Shown here: positions 19,506 to 29,290 of the stretch, piece after piece
How the letters are laid out: every line of letters begins with the position of its first letter
Position numbering within the stretch: position 1 is the stretch's first letter
DNA from: Candidatus Omnitrophota bacterium
GTDB lineage: Bacteria > Omnitrophota > Gorgyraeia > Zapsychrales > Fredricksoniimonadaceae
Length of the DNA stretch: 64,000 nucleotides
Direction: 5' to 3'
NCBI GenBank assembly: GCA_028870995.1
Contig: JAGWOI010000007.1
Span: 20,337-84,336, forward strand
The notes under the pieces: model-generated
The model's database searches: none
What the model saw: only the letters and a program-made list of their open reading frames with translations
Told to the model about the DNA's origin: nothing
Program-made: the position numbers and the translations under genes

Positions 19506-19526
19506 GTAAAGCCTGCCTGTAACAGT

Positions 19527-19682
19527 TTATCTCTTGCCTTTTTTGCGTTTACGTTCGGAAGGCTTGCTGTAAAAGCGGCGCTCTTTGAGCTCCACCAAAA
19601 AGCCGTCTTTCTGGCACTGCTTCTTGAATAAGCGCATCGCTTTTTCGAAACTATTTTTGTCGTTGACCTTGACTTCCAGCAT
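19527..19682 (-). CDS. rpsU: 30S ribosomal protein bS21, 51 aa, missing from the ORF track
   Basis: MLEVKVNDKNSFEKAMRLFKKQCQKDGFLVELKERRFYSKPSERKRKKGKR, with the S21 signature. Confidence 0.93.
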   Translation of the reverse strand: MLEVKVNDKNSFEKAMRLFKKQCQKDGFLVELKERRFYSKPSERKRKKGKR

Positions 19683-19727
19683 TAACTCACCTGCTCCCTG
19701 GGTTTTAAATCGGTTAGTGAAGGTTGT

Positions 19728-19755
19728 ATTATAGTATATGTTTTAGCATTGTCAA
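19728..19755 (-). promoter_or_regulatory. Consensus sigma70 promoter of rpsU
   Basis: TTGACA-16-TATAAT. Confidence 0.75.
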
Positions 19756-19805
19756 TTAATTCGAGGATCCGGCCGGAATTTCCTTAAAAAGCAGCCAAAA
19801 GATCT

Positions 19806-20990
19806 TTAGTAGGTCGGATCGACGTAGGTATATAGTTCTCCCTTGAAATTGCGCAGCACGTAGCGGCCTTTTTCCTTGGAGACCATATAGTCGGGGTTCA
19901 CGGGGATTTTCCCGCCGCCGCCGGGACCGTCGATCACATAGGTCGGCACCGCATAGCCGGTGGTGTGGCCGCGGAGGTTCTGCATGATATTGATGCCGGT
20001 CTCCACGGTCGTGCGGAAATGCTTGGAGCCGACAATGGGGTCGCACTGGTAAATGTAGTACGGGCGGACCCGGATCTTCAACAGTTCATGGAAGAGCTTC
20101 TTCATGATCTCGGGCTTGTCATTGACGCCGCGCAGCAGCACGGTCTGCGAACCCATGGGGATGCCGGCATCGGCGATCATGTTGCAGGCGTGTTTGACCC
20201 GCGGGGTCACTTCCCTGGGATGGTTGAAATGGATGCTCATCCAAAGGGGTGAATATTTCTTGAACATGGCGATCAATTCCGGCGTGACCCTTTGCGGCAA
20301 GGTCACGGGGATGCGGGTGCCGATGCGCACAAACTCCACATGCGGTATCTTTTTGACGGATGAAATCAGGTATTCCAGCATGCGGTCGCCCAACGTCAGG
20401 GGATCGCCACCGGAGATCAACACGTCGCGGATCTCCTTATGTTTGCGGATATACTCCAGGGCCGCGTCGTAGGTCGAGGTGTTGAGGGTATGGTTGCCGT
20501 CGCCCACCATGCGGGAACGGGTGCAGTAACGGCAGTACATGGCGCACATTTCATTGACTAAAAAAAGCACCCGATCCGGATAACGGTGCACCAGGCCGTG
20601 CACTTCGGAGCTCTTCTCCTCACCGCAGGGGTCCAGCATCTCTTCCGGAGCCGTTTGAAATTCATGATCCTGCGGCACAGATTGCAGACGAATCGGGCAG
20701 CCCGTGTCCTTATCGTCGATCAAGGCCGCAAAATACGGCGGAATGGACATGGTGAGCTTGTCCCCAGCGCCTTTGACCCCGCGCTCTTCCTGAGGGGTGA
20801 GCTTCATCAATTTGGATATCTGCTCAAAGCTGCGAACGCGATTGCGAAGCTGCCAGCGCCAGTCTTCCCAGTCAGCCAGGGTGGCGCCGGGGAAAAGTTT
20901 GATGACGCGCTTTTCCTGGGGCGACAACGGGATGTTGGGCCCGGCCGCAGATTGCGTTGTCTCTTCTTTAATAGTGTCCACTGGCGTCAT
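19806..20990 (-). CDS. KamA-family radical SAM/PLP aminomutase (lysine 2,3-aminomutase-like)
   Basis: HRYPDRVL, CAMYCRYCTR, SGGDPL, HFNHP, QTVLLRGVND, PYYIYQCD, GGGGK (PLP Lys). Confidence 0.92.
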   Translation of the reverse strand: MTPVDTIKEETTQSAAGPNIPLSPQEKRVIKLFPGATLADWEDWRWQLRNRVRSFEQISKLMKLTPQEERGVKGAGDKLTMSIPPYFAALIDDKDTGCPIRLQSVPQDHEFQTAPEEMLDPCGEEKSSEVHGLVHRYPDRVLFLVNEMCAMYCRYCTRSRMVGDGNHTLNTSTYDAALEYIRKHKEIRDVLISGGDPLTLGDRMLEYLISSVKKIPHVEFVRIGTRIPVTLPQRVTPELIAMFKKYSPLWMSIHFNHPREVTPRVKHACNMIADAGIPMGSQTVLLRGVNDKPEIMKKLFHELLKIRVRPYYIYQCDPIVGSKHFRTTVETGINIMQNLRGHTTGYAVPTYVIDGPGGGGKIPVNPDYMVSKEKGRYVLRNFKGELYTYVDPTY

Positions 20991-22054
20991 TTTTCGTAAG
21001 CGGCCTCCCTGGCGGCCCTTCTTCCTGAAGATTTGGCCCGCAGTTTGTCCTGAGGGTCCATCAAGCCTAAGCGGATCAAGGCCTGGCCCAGGATCTCATT
21101 GATGATCTGATTATACGTCATTCCCTTGACCTTGGCAAAGAGAACAAAAACATCGTCAGGGCTTAAATTGGGCAGCGGATTGATCTCCAGCACGTAAGGG
21201 TGCCCCGATTCATCCACGCGAAAATCCACGCGCCCGAAATCCCGGCAGTCCACGGCTTTATAGGCGCGCACCGCCAGCTCCTGCAGCAAGGACGACAATT
21301 TTTTATCGATGGGGGCCGGGCAGATATACTGCACCGACTTTTCCGCCACATGGGCGTAGGTGTAAAATTCGTTGCCCAAATTCTTTCTGCCGTCGATGGC
21401 ATATTGCACCACCGGCATGGCCTGCGGCGGATTGTTCCCGATGACACCGACGGTGAATTCCGTGCCCTTGATGAACTCTTCGACCAGGGCCGGCTGCTTG
21501 TAATTGCGGTTGATGTGCTCCACCTGGGCCTTAAGCATCCGGGCGTTTTCCACCCTGGAAGCTTCATTGATCCCCTTGGAAGTGCCCTCGTGCAGGGTTT
21601 TGACGAACAGCGGGAACCCGATGGTGTTCAGGGCCTCCAGGTCGTCATCCGGGCCGGCCTTGAAAAAACGCGCGGTGGGAATGCCTTCGGCGATAAAGCA
21701 CTTTTTGGCCATCACCTTATCAAGCGTCACACCCAGCGTCAGGGCATCGGCGCCGGCAAAGGGAATGTTATACAAATCCAGAATGGCGGGCACCTGGGAT
21801 TCGCGGTTACGGCCGCGGAAACCTTCGGAAATATTAAGAACGATGTCGACTTTCAAACTGCCTTTGATGATGCGGTCAATAAGCGCGCGGGCGCCGCCGA
21901 TCAACACCACCTTATGGCCGGCTGATTCCAGCGCCTTTTGAAGACATTCGACAGTTCTCTTCCCGTCGAGTTCGGCAGCGGCGTCGACAGGATCATCAAC
22001 GGAGCCCTGCCAATCGCTCTTCAGATCATAAGTTAAGCCGACAATTTTTCCCAT
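20987..22054 (-). CDS. D-Ala-D-Ala-ligase-like ATP-grasp protein (atypical N-terminus)
   Basis: FPLFVK..EGTSKGI, LVEEFIKGTEFTV, GRVDFR, LEINPLPNL. The N-terminus GLTYDLK..AAELD is not the Ddl GG.S.E motif. Confidence 0.85.
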   Translation of the reverse strand: MGKIVGLTYDLKSDWQGSVDDPVDAAAELDGKRTVECLQKALESAGHKVVLIGGARALIDRIIKGSLKVDIVLNISEGFRGRNRESQVPAILDLYNIPFAGADALTLGVTLDKVMAKKCFIAEGIPTARFFKAGPDDDLEALNTIGFPLFVKTLHEGTSKGINEASRVENARMLKAQVEHINRNYKQPALVEEFIKGTEFTVGVIGNNPPQAMPVVQYAIDGRKNLGNEFYTYAHVAEKSVQYICPAPIDKKLSSLLQELAVRAYKAVDCRDFGRVDFRVDESGHPYVLEINPLPNLSPDDVFVLFAKVKGMTYNQIINEILGQALIRLGLMDPQDKLRAKSSGRRAAREAAYEK

Positions 22055-22179
22055 ATTTTGTCTACAATTTATCAAAAATTCCAAAAAATGCTATAAATAT
22101 TTTAGAGAAAAGGGGGAAGTGCGGCCGAGAATGGGGACAGCCCCCTTGTCATTTCTTTGAAATGAAAGCCGACACCCTT

Positions 22180-22854
22180 TTACCGGCTGGTGGTGACATC
22201 CACCCGATGACAAATGGTATTGACCGGGCAGATCGAACATTTCGGTGAAATGGGGCTGCACACGTTCTGGCCCCAGGTCACCAACAGAGCATTATATTCA
22301 TTCCAATACTGGTCAGGCAGTTTTTTTCTTAAGGCGAATTCGGTTTCATGCGGGGTCTTGGTGCGCACGTACCCAAGACGGTTGGAAATGCGGTGGACGT
22401 GCGTGTCCACGCAAATACCCGGCTTGGCAAAACCTTCGACCAACACCAGGTTGGCGGTCTTGCGTCCTACCCCTTTGAGGGTGAGCAATTCTTCCAGGTC
22501 ATCGGGAACTTCACCGCCGAAGCGGCCGATCAGGTCACGGCAGATCTCGTGGATGCGGACGGCCTTGGTCTTATAAAACCCAACGGGATAGATCAGTTCC
22601 CGCAATTCAGCAAGGGTGAGCTTCAGCATGCCCTCCGGCGTATCGGCACGGGCAAAGAGCCTCTCGCTGGCGGGCAGGGTGGTTTCGTCGCGGGTGCGCA
22701 GGGACAGCAGGCAGGAGATGAGGACCAAGAACGGGCTCTTGAATTTCTTGCCTACCAGCGTCACCGAGGGATCAGGCAGGTCGCGCATGGCCACCTTCAG
22801 CCGCCTGACCACCCCGGCAAGCTGTTTATTGTCCAATAATCCTCTATTTAGCAT
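22180..22854 (-). CDS. nth: Endonuclease III
   Basis: HhH motif [20 protein letters not shown]-x6-C-x2-C-x5-C Fe-S motif. Confidence 0.92.
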   Translation of the reverse strand: MLNRGLLDNKQLAGVVRRLKVAMRDLPDPSVTLVGKKFKSPFLVLISCLLSLRTRDETTLPASERLFARADTPEGMLKLTLAELRELIYPVGFYKTKAVRIHEICRDLIGRFGGEVPDDLEELLTLKGVGRKTANLVLVEGFAKPGICVDTHVHRISNRLGYVRTKTPHETEFALRKKLPDQYWNEYNALLVTWGQNVCSPISPKCSICPVNTICHRVDVTTSR

Positions 22855-22873
22855 TGTGTTTAAGATGAAGCCG

Positions 22874-23800
22874 TTACGGGAGGTCGCTGAAAACGTAACC
22901 CATCTCTTCGAGCGTACCGTAGTCCTCGCGCCAGTCGGGATTGGTTTTGACGAAAAGTTCCAGGAAAACCTTCTGGCCGACCAGGTCTTCCAGGTCCTTG
23001 CGCGCCTGCGTGCCCACCTGCTTTAAGACCGCCCCGGCCTTGCCGATGACGATCTCCTTCTGGGACTCGCGTTCCACCAATATGACCGCCCGGATATGCA
23101 GCACCTTGCCCTTCTTGGGGCGGACACTTTCGATGATGACCGCAATGGAATGCGGCACCTCCTCGCGCATGAGCATGAACAGCTTTTCCCGGATCAGGTC
23201 CGCCATGGCCATGCGCTGGGGAAAATCAGTCAGCACGTCCTCAGGGTACAAAAGCGGCCCCTCCGGCAAGAATTCGAAGAGGAGGTCCAATAATTTCTTA
23301 ACGTTGTTCCCCTTAAGGGCGGAGAGCGGCAGCAGGGTCAAGTCCTTCATTTCCGTGACCGGTCCTCCCCGAGTTTCTTCCCAGAGCTTGATGTACTCGG
23401 GCACGAACTTGCCCTTGGTGATGTCCACCTTGTTGAGGCCCACGATAATGGGCTTGCCGCATTTGTTCAAGCGGCTGATGACGTACTGTTCCTCGCTGCC
23501 GGTCTTCTCGCTGGCATCAACCATATGGATAATGGCATCCACCGAATCAATACTGCCCGTCGACGCCCGGCTCATGTACTTGTCCAGCTTGTCGCGGCCC
23601 ATATGAAGCCCCGGCGTGTCGATAAAGACGATCTGGCCGCGCTTGTCGGTATAGACCCCCCGGATTTGCTGGCGTGTGGTTTGGGGCACGTCGGAGACGA
23701 TGGAGACCTTCTCCCCCAAGATAGCGTTCAATAAGGTGGATTTACCGACGTTCGGACGGCCCACAATGGCCACCATACCGCTTTTTAATTTTTCTGCCAT
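22874..23800 (-). CDS. era: GTPase Era
   Basis: [25 protein letters not shown] domain IVIGK. Confidence 0.96.
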   Translation of the reverse strand: MAEKLKSGMVAIVGRPNVGKSTLLNAILGEKVSIVSDVPQTTRQQIRGVYTDKRGQIVFIDTPGLHMGRDKLDKYMSRASTGSIDSVDAIIHMVDASEKTGSEEQYVISRLNKCGKPIIVGLNKVDITKGKFVPEYIKLWEETRGGPVTEMKDLTLLPLSALKGNNVKKLLDLLFEFLPEGPLLYPEDVLTDFPQRMAMADLIREKLFMLMREEVPHSIAVIIESVRPKKGKVLHIRAVILVERESQKEIVIGKAGAVLKQVGTQARKDLEDLVGQKVFLELFVKTNPDWREDYGTLEEMGYVFSDLP

Positions 23801-23801
23801 G

Positions 23802-24059
23802 TTATTTCCTGTACCTCCACACCGCGATCACGACCCCGGTGAACAATACGAGATTGACGATATTATAGCTTCTCCAGACCACGTCCTTGGAAGCAAAACC
23901 CGACGGGGCCATCAGCAGGCAGCATACCCAAACCCCCATCAGCCAGTAAATGGATATGTCGGCCGAGGAACGCCGCCGGACGATCCTCATGATGAGGGGA
24001 ATGTTGAAAAAAGGCAGGACGATTGCCGCCACCAGGCTGATGTTTTCCCAAGTAAGCAT
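23802..24059 (-). CDS. SemiSWEET/PQ-loop-like 3-TM protein
   Basis: 85 aa, three TM segments, P(L)..RI.RRRSSADIS motif. Confidence 0.65.
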   Translation of the reverse strand: MLTWENISLVAAIVLPFFNIPLIMRIVRRRSSADISIYWLMGVWVCCLLMAPSGFASKDVVWRSYNIVNLVLFTGVVIAVWRYRK

Positions 24060-24060
24060 A

Positions 24061-24966
24061 TTAAGAAAGCGCGAAGAACTTGACCAGGGTCTTCAGCCGC
24101 TCCTCGACCTCGCGCATGGAAAGCGACGCCGTTTTGGCCATGCCGAAACCCTGTACGTTAAAGGAAGCCACCGTCGTGGCATACAAGCAGGCCTTGCGCA
24201 AAACCTTGTCGTCGATCTTGCCCGCGCGGCTTAAATAGCCCATGAGGCCGCCGGCAAAGGTGTCCCCGGCGCCGGTGGGGTCCACGACCTTCTCCACCGG
24301 GTAGGCGGGAAAGGAGAACATCAGCCGGTCGCTGGTAAAAAGCACACCGTGCTCGCCTTTCTTGATGACGACCATACGCGGCCCAAAACCCCGAAGCCGC
24401 TTGGCAGCCATGATCAAGTTGTTTTCCTGGGTAAGGGCCCTGGCCTCGCCGTCATTGGCCACGAACAAATGCACCATCTTCATCAGCCGGCGCAAGGATT
24501 TTTGTTTATGGTTGATCCATAAATTCATGCTGTCGAGCCCGATAAGCTCAGGAGCCTTCAAGCTCTTTAGCAGCTGCATTTGCAGATCCGGGTCGATGTT
24601 GGCCAAAAAGACGTTGGGCAACTTACGCTGATGCTCCTTCAATTGGGGCACATAGGTCTGCAGCGCGCCCAGTTCCGTGGCCAGGGTGATCGCCGTATTA
24701 AGATCTTCTTGTTTGTATTCTCCCCGCCAGCGGAAGGTTTTCTCGCGGCTGAGCAAAATCGACGAACAGTCGATGCCCTTGCGCTTCAAGAATTCCAGGT
24801 GCTTGATGGGAAAGTCCCGGCCCACCACGGCTGCCAGATGCACGTCCGTAAAAAGCCGTGCGGCCATGGCAAAATGGGCGGCGGAACCGCCCAGCATGTC
24901 CTTCTTTGAACCTGACGGCGTTTTGACATGGTCCAGCGCCACCGTCCCTAAAACGACCAAACTCAT
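24061..24966 (-). CDS. PfkB-family sugar/nucleoside kinase
   Basis: LGGSAAHF, KKGEHG, DPTGAGDTFAGG. Confidence 0.92.
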   Translation of the reverse strand: MSLVVLGTVALDHVKTPSGSKKDMLGGSAAHFAMAARLFTDVHLAAVVGRDFPIKHLEFLKRKGIDCSSILLSREKTFRWRGEYKQEDLNTAITLATELGALQTYVPQLKEHQRKLPNVFLANIDPDLQMQLLKSLKAPELIGLDSMNLWINHKQKSLRRLMKMVHLFVANDGEARALTQENNLIMAAKRLRGFGPRMVVIKKGEHGVLFTSDRLMFSFPAYPVEKVVDPTGAGDTFAGGLMGYLSRAGKIDDKVLRKACLYATTVASFNVQGFGMAKTASLSMREVEERLKTLVKFFALS

Positions 24967-24967
24967 C

Positions 24968-25387
24968 CTATTCTCCTATGATCTTAACCAGCACGCGTTT
25001 GTCGCGACGGCCGTCGAACTCGCCGTAAAAAATCTGCTCCCAGGGTCCGAAATCGAGCTTTCCCCTGGTGACGGCCACCACCACCTCGCGGCCCATGACT
25101 TGACGTTTCAGGTGGGCATCGGCATTGTCCTCGCCGGTATCGTTATGCCGGTATTGGGCAACCGGCTCATGCGGCGCCAACTTTTCCAACCAGGCATCAT
25201 AATCGTGCAAAAGCCCGTTTTCGTCGTCGTTGATATAAACACTGGCGGAAATGTGCATGGCATTGACCAGGCACAAGCCTTCCCGGATCCCGCTTTTATC
25301 AATGGCCTCCTGCACTTGGGCCGAAATATTGATGTACGCCCGGCGGGTCTTGGTGTGGAACCACAACTCTTGACGGAAATGTTTCAT
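24968..25387 (-). CDS. yjbQ: YjbQ/UPF0047 family protein
   Basis: [29 protein letters not shown]. Confidence 0.9.
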   Translation of the reverse strand: MKHFRQELWFHTKTRRAYINISAQVQEAIDKSGIREGLCLVNAMHISASVYINDDENGLLHDYDAWLEKLAPHEPVAQYRHNDTGEDNADAHLKRQVMGREVVVAVTRGKLDFGPWEQIFYGEFDGRRDKRVLVKIIGE

Positions 25388-25388
25388 G

Positions 25389-25808
25389 CTACTCTTGTCT
25401 GGCCGGCTTTTTCTTTTTTTCCAACTGCTTGATGTATTGCTGGAAATGTTCGTCTTTGAGCAGATTATCCAGGTCCGTGTCCCCTTTCATATGCTCAAAG
25501 TCATCGTAACCCAAGTCGATGGCCTTGGTCAAGGCGCCCAACGCCGCCCGGGTCTGGTTGAGGAGTGCGTAGGAGCAGGCCAAATTGTAAAACACCACCG
25601 GGTCTTCGGGCCTCAGGCCGGAAAGTTTTATGTCGACCTCAAGCCCTTTTTGCCATAATCCCGCCTTGGTGTACAAATCACCGATGGCCGCCAGCGCCTG
25701 GATGAAATCCGGTGTACTTCTTAGGATATTCTCGTAAAAAGAAATCTCGAAATCGATGTCTTCCTTCTTGCGGGGGAGTTTGGCGGCATGCTCTTTGCGC
25801 ATAGGCAT
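25389..25808 (-). CDS. TPR-containing protein
   Basis: [10 protein letters not shown]...AIDLGY..DTDLDNL, a TPR C-terminal signature. Confidence 0.8.
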   Translation of the reverse strand: MPMRKEHAAKLPRKKEDIDFEISFYENILRSTPDFIQALAAIGDLYTKAGLWQKGLEVDIKLSGLRPEDPVVFYNLACSYALLNQTRAALGALTKAIDLGYDDFEHMKGDTDLDNLLKDEHFQQYIKQLEKKKKPARQE

Positions 25809-25814
25809 CCTTTC

Positions 25815-26966
25815 TTACTTCTTTTTTAAATACTTTTCAATCCTGGCAACGGCTTCCTTTAAATTATCGTAACTTGAGGCGTACGAGATGCGCACGTGGT
25901 CGCTGCAGCCTGTACCAAAGGCGTCTCCGGGCACCAGGGCCACCTTCTGTTTCATCAGCAGGTTCTTGGCGAAATCCATGGCGTTCTCCCCCGAAATCTT
26001 GATGGAGGGAAACGCATAAAAGGCCCCCTGCGGCATGTGGCAGGTAAGCCCAATGTCGTTCAAAGCCCCGACGATGAACCGGCGTCTGCGGTCATATTCC
26101 TTTTTCATGGCGGCGACATCGTCGGCCGCATTCTTCAACGCTTGCACGGCCGCCATTTGGCCGGTGATGGAGGCGCAGAGCATCGTATATTGGTGGATCT
26201 TGGTCATGGCCCCGACCAGATCAGCCGGCCCGCAGGCATACCCGATACGAAAACCGGTCATGGCATAGCTTTTGGAAAAACCATTCAGATAGATGACCCT
26301 GTTTTTCATTCCCGGCAGGGTGGCCATGGGCGTGTGCTCGAAGTCATAGGTCAGCTCATCATAAAGCTCGTCGCTGATGACCAGCAAGTCGTGTTTCTTG
26401 ATCACGCGGGCCAGGGCCTCCAGTTCCTTCCTGGAGTAAGAGGTGCCGGTGGGATTGCACGGATAGCCCAAAAGGATCGCGCGCACGCCGCGGCCGGCCG
26501 CCGCATCGATCTGCTGGGGAGTCACTTTAAAGCCGTTGTCGAGCGTTGTTTTCAAAAAGACCGGCACCCCGCCGGCCAGCTCCACCACCGGCCCGTACGC
26601 CACATAACTTGGCTCGGGGACCAGGACTTTTTCGCCGGGATTAAGAATGGCGCGCATGGCCAAATCCAGAGCCTCGCTCACCCCGACGGTAATCAAAACT
26701 TCTTCTTCGGGATCATAATCCAATTTGCGGTGTTTCTTCAAGAAGGCGGCAATGGCCAGCCTCAGCTCGACCATGCCTTTATTGGACGTATAGGAAGTGA
26801 ACCCCTGCTCGAGAGACTCGATGGCCCGGGCCCTCACATGCCAGGGTGTCACGAAATCCGGCTCCCCTACCCCTAGGGAAATAACGTCCTTCATGCCCAG
26901 CACCAGGTCAAAAAAAGCCCTGATGCCTGAAGGTGCAAGACGGTCGACGCGTTTGGAAATTCTCAT
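25815..26966 (-). CDS. Class I/II PLP aminotransferase (YugH/AlaT-like)
   Basis: SLGVGEPDFVTP, NPTG, SDELY, GFSKSYAMTGFRIG. Confidence 0.93.
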   Translation of the reverse strand: MRISKRVDRLAPSGIRAFFDLVLGMKDVISLGVGEPDFVTPWHVRARAIESLEQGFTSYTSNKGMVELRLAIAAFLKKHRKLDYDPEEEVLITVGVSEALDLAMRAILNPGEKVLVPEPSYVAYGPVVELAGGVPVFLKTTLDNGFKVTPQQIDAAAGRGVRAILLGYPCNPTGTSYSRKELEALARVIKKHDLLVISDELYDELTYDFEHTPMATLPGMKNRVIYLNGFSKSYAMTGFRIGYACGPADLVGAMTKIHQYTMLCASITGQMAAVQALKNAADDVAAMKKEYDRRRRFIVGALNDIGLTCHMPQGAFYAFPSIKISGENAMDFAKNLLMKQKVALVPGDAFGTGCSDHVRISYASSYDNLKEAVARIEKYLKKK

Positions 26967-26978
26967 GATGATAAATCC

Positions 26979-27311
26979 TTAATACGAAATATTCTGCCTG
27001 CGTTCACTCTTGGGATGCTTGAAGACCTGGCCTTCTTCCTTGTACTTGCGCAGCAAGAAATGGGTAGCGGTCTGACGCACATTGGCCATGGACGAAAGCT
27101 TGGCGGCCACGAAATCGGCCACGGTCTGGATACTTTCACCCTCGACGACAACCAGCAGGTCATAGCCGCCTGAAACCAGGTAGCAGCTTTTGACTTGGGG
27201 ATAGGAATAGATCCGCTCCGCGATGTTGTCGAACCCAAGATCCTTTTGGGGCGTAATGGAGACCTCAATCAAGGCACGTACCGCCGAAGAATTTGTTTTG
27301 TTTTTAGCCAT
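26979..27311 (-). CDS. Lrp/AsnC ligand-binding (RAM) domain protein without an HTH
   Basis: ALIEVSITP..GFDNIAERI..LVSGGYDL..TATHFLLRKYK, resembles the YugG C-terminal half. SD AGGAG. Confidence 0.85.
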   Translation of the reverse strand: MAKNKTNSSAVRALIEVSITPQKDLGFDNIAERIYSYPQVKSCYLVSGGYDLLVVVEGESIQTVADFVAAKLSSMANVRQTATHFLLRKYKEEGQVFKHPKSERRQNISY

Positions 27312-27397
27312 AGGTCACTCCTGCATTTAAACTAATAAATTTATTTCCCACAAATGGTGCCGCCACCTCAATGCTTATTAAATAAGCAGCCTATTCT

Positions 27398-28225
27398 CTA
27401 CATACCCTTTTGGCTGATGATCTGCCGCTGCAGCAAGAACACCCTCGATTTTAAAACGGCGACATCTTCCTGAAGCACCTTGACCTGCCCTTGCATCTGG
27501 TTGTTACGGGCGTCTACCTGTGCCATTTCATGGACCAGTTCTTTTTTCCTGGTCTCCCACGACAGGGCGTCCAGCGCCGATGTCCTTAGCTCATCCAGGC
27601 GCATCTCATAGGCATTGATGTCGGTCTCCAGTTCTTCTTTGCGCTCCTGGAGTTTTTGCCGCCGCAAGTCTTTGAGGGCAACAGGATCCATGGCCGTCGA
27701 TTTCAGATCTTTCAGCTGCTTGGTCAACACCGCTTCCTTGCGGTTCTCATCCTCAAGTTGCTTATGCCAGGGTTCGAGCCCGGCTTCATCCTGAGGCGCA
27801 CCCTGATCTTGAAGCTGTTTTAACTTGGGCAGTATGTCCAACAGGTTCCTTTTCAAGCCGTGCGCCTGCTCCTTCAACTGGCGAACCTGCGGCCTTTCGG
27901 CCTTAATCGCCCGTTCCAATGCGGCGATGCGGATCTGCTGGTCCGTAGTCCCGCGGCGCTGCTGCAAAAACCGGGAAATCCGCTCATTCTTGTCCTGCTG
28001 CTCGGCGATCATGCGCCGTAATTGCTCCGCCTGGTCTTGCAGCTGCCGGTATTCCGACTGCAGTTGGGTGTTCTGCCCCATCAGCGTCTGGGCCCTGGCC
28101 TGGATCGTATCCAGCGTCATCTGCCAATCTTCCGGCGCGGAAGACGACGGTCCATGCGCCACCTGGGCGCACGCGTCAAAAGACCACCACAACAGGAACA
28201 AAACAACGATCAGAGGGAATCTCAC
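27398..28225 (-). CDS. Exported coiled-coil protein
   Basis: GTG 28225 gives a signal peptide (VRFPLIVVLFLLWWSFDACAQ) followed by long Q/E/L heptads. TTGCCC-17-TATAAT promoter ends 6 nt upstream. Confidence 0.7.
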   Translation of the reverse strand: MRFPLIVVLFLLWWSFDACAQVAHGPSSSAPEDWQMTLDTIQARAQTLMGQNTQLQSEYRQLQDQAEQLRRMIAEQQDKNERISRFLQQRRGTTDQQIRIAALERAIKAERPQVRQLKEQAHGLKRNLLDILPKLKQLQDQGAPQDEAGLEPWHKQLEDENRKEAVLTKQLKDLKSTAMDPVALKDLRRQKLQERKEELETDINAYEMRLDELRTSALDALSWETRKKELVHEMAQVDARNNQMQGQVKVLQEDVAVLKSRVFLLQRQIISQKGM

Positions 28226-28269
28226 GGTTTTATTATAGCGGGTTATCCCCTGGCGGGCAAGGACGAGAC

Positions 28270-28325
28270 AATAAAAAATTGCCGGCAACTGCGACGGAGA
28301 CGCGGTCAACCGGCAATTTTTTATT
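28270..28325. terminator. 16-bp inverted repeat, terminator after doxX (potentially bidirectional)
   Basis: AATAAAAAATTGCCGG-24-CCGGCAATTTTTTATT, with U-tracts on both strands. Confidence 0.7.
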
Positions 28326-28336
28326 ATGATACTTGA

Positions 28337-28771
28337 TTATTCTTTGGCAGGCAACAACCGGGCATCGGCCGAGAGGCGGCCCGCGCCTTCCAACAATAAA
28401 AATATCAAACACATCAGCATGGCAAAATCCAGGCGCGATTCATGCACCGCCGGCCAAAACCCTTTATGCAGGAACATGGGGACCTTGGTGGACAGAATGG
28501 CAACGCTGATATTAATGATAAGCGGGATGGCAGCCAATCTGGTGAACAGCCCCGCTATCAAAAGCAAGCCGCAGATGATTTCCGCCCCTGCGGAAAAATG
28601 GACCATCACATGAGGCCAGGGAATGCCGATCTTGATAAAACGTCCTACACCGAGGGTGTCCGGGAACAGATACTTTTGAACACCTTCCACAAAAAACACA
28701 TAACCGGTGATGCACCGGACAAAGACCGTTGACGCCGGTGCGGTAGAATTTTTGAGCAGGAAATCTGTCAT
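28337..28771 (-). CDS. DoxX family membrane protein
   Basis: FFVEGVQK, EIICGLLLIAGLFTRLAA, GAGRLSAD. Confidence 0.9.
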   Translation of the reverse strand: MTDFLLKNSTAPASTVFVRCITGYVFFVEGVQKYLFPDTLGVGRFIKIGIPWPHVMVHFSAGAEIICGLLLIAGLFTRLAAIPLIINISVAILSTKVPMFLHKGFWPAVHESRLDFAMLMCLIFLLLEGAGRLSADARLLPAKE

Positions 28772-28794
28772 GGGTTTTCTCCTAAAATAAACGG

Positions 28795-29259
28795 TTAAAG
28801 TTTTTGGCCCGCCTCTTTGATGTCATTGGTTAAATCTTCCAGCTCGTCCTTGGCATCGCCGCCGTAGCTTTTGAGCACTTCCACCTCGCGCAGCGCGGCC
28901 TGCACATAGGCTTCGCCCAGATACTCCCTGGCCTCGGGAAATCTCGGACGCAGTTCAAGGGCCTTTTTGTAGTTGGCCAGAGCCTCATCGATCAACCCGA
29001 TCTTGCGCTGGGTGTGTGCCAGCATATTGAGGATGTCCGGATTATTGGGATCCTGTCTCAGGGCCTGCTCAAAAAGCGGCAGTGCCTTTTGGAAATCATT
29101 GGCCTGACCGGCTGCGATCCCCTGGTCGTAGAGGGACACGGTTTGCGCGCCTGCAGCCTTGTCGTTGACGGCCATGGCTTGGGGCGGTGTCTCATTGGCA
29201 CTGCAGATCCCGGCCGCCAACAGGGTCATCCCGGTTAGAACGACTATCATATATCTCAT
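28795..29259 (-). CDS. Exported TPR protein
   Basis: Signal peptide and TPRs (ALRQDPNNPDIL, ALELRPRFPEAREYLGEAY). SD AAAGGAG. Confidence 0.85.
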   Translation of the reverse strand: MRYMIVVLTGMTLLAAGICSANETPPQAMAVNDKAAGAQTVSLYDQGIAAGQANDFQKALPLFEQALRQDPNNPDILNMLAHTQRKIGLIDEALANYKKALELRPRFPEAREYLGEAYVQAALREVEVLKSYGGDAKDELEDLTNDIKEAGQKL

Positions 29260-29290
29260 GTATTGCTCCTTTCCTTGAGGGTTCGAAAGG

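Noticed and set aside
27357-27368. Sigma54 promoter or canonical RfaH ops site for GGCGGCAC
   Set aside because: No TTGC -12 element at the right spacing, and it differs from ops (GGCGGTAG). Retained only as part of the unknown leader motif.
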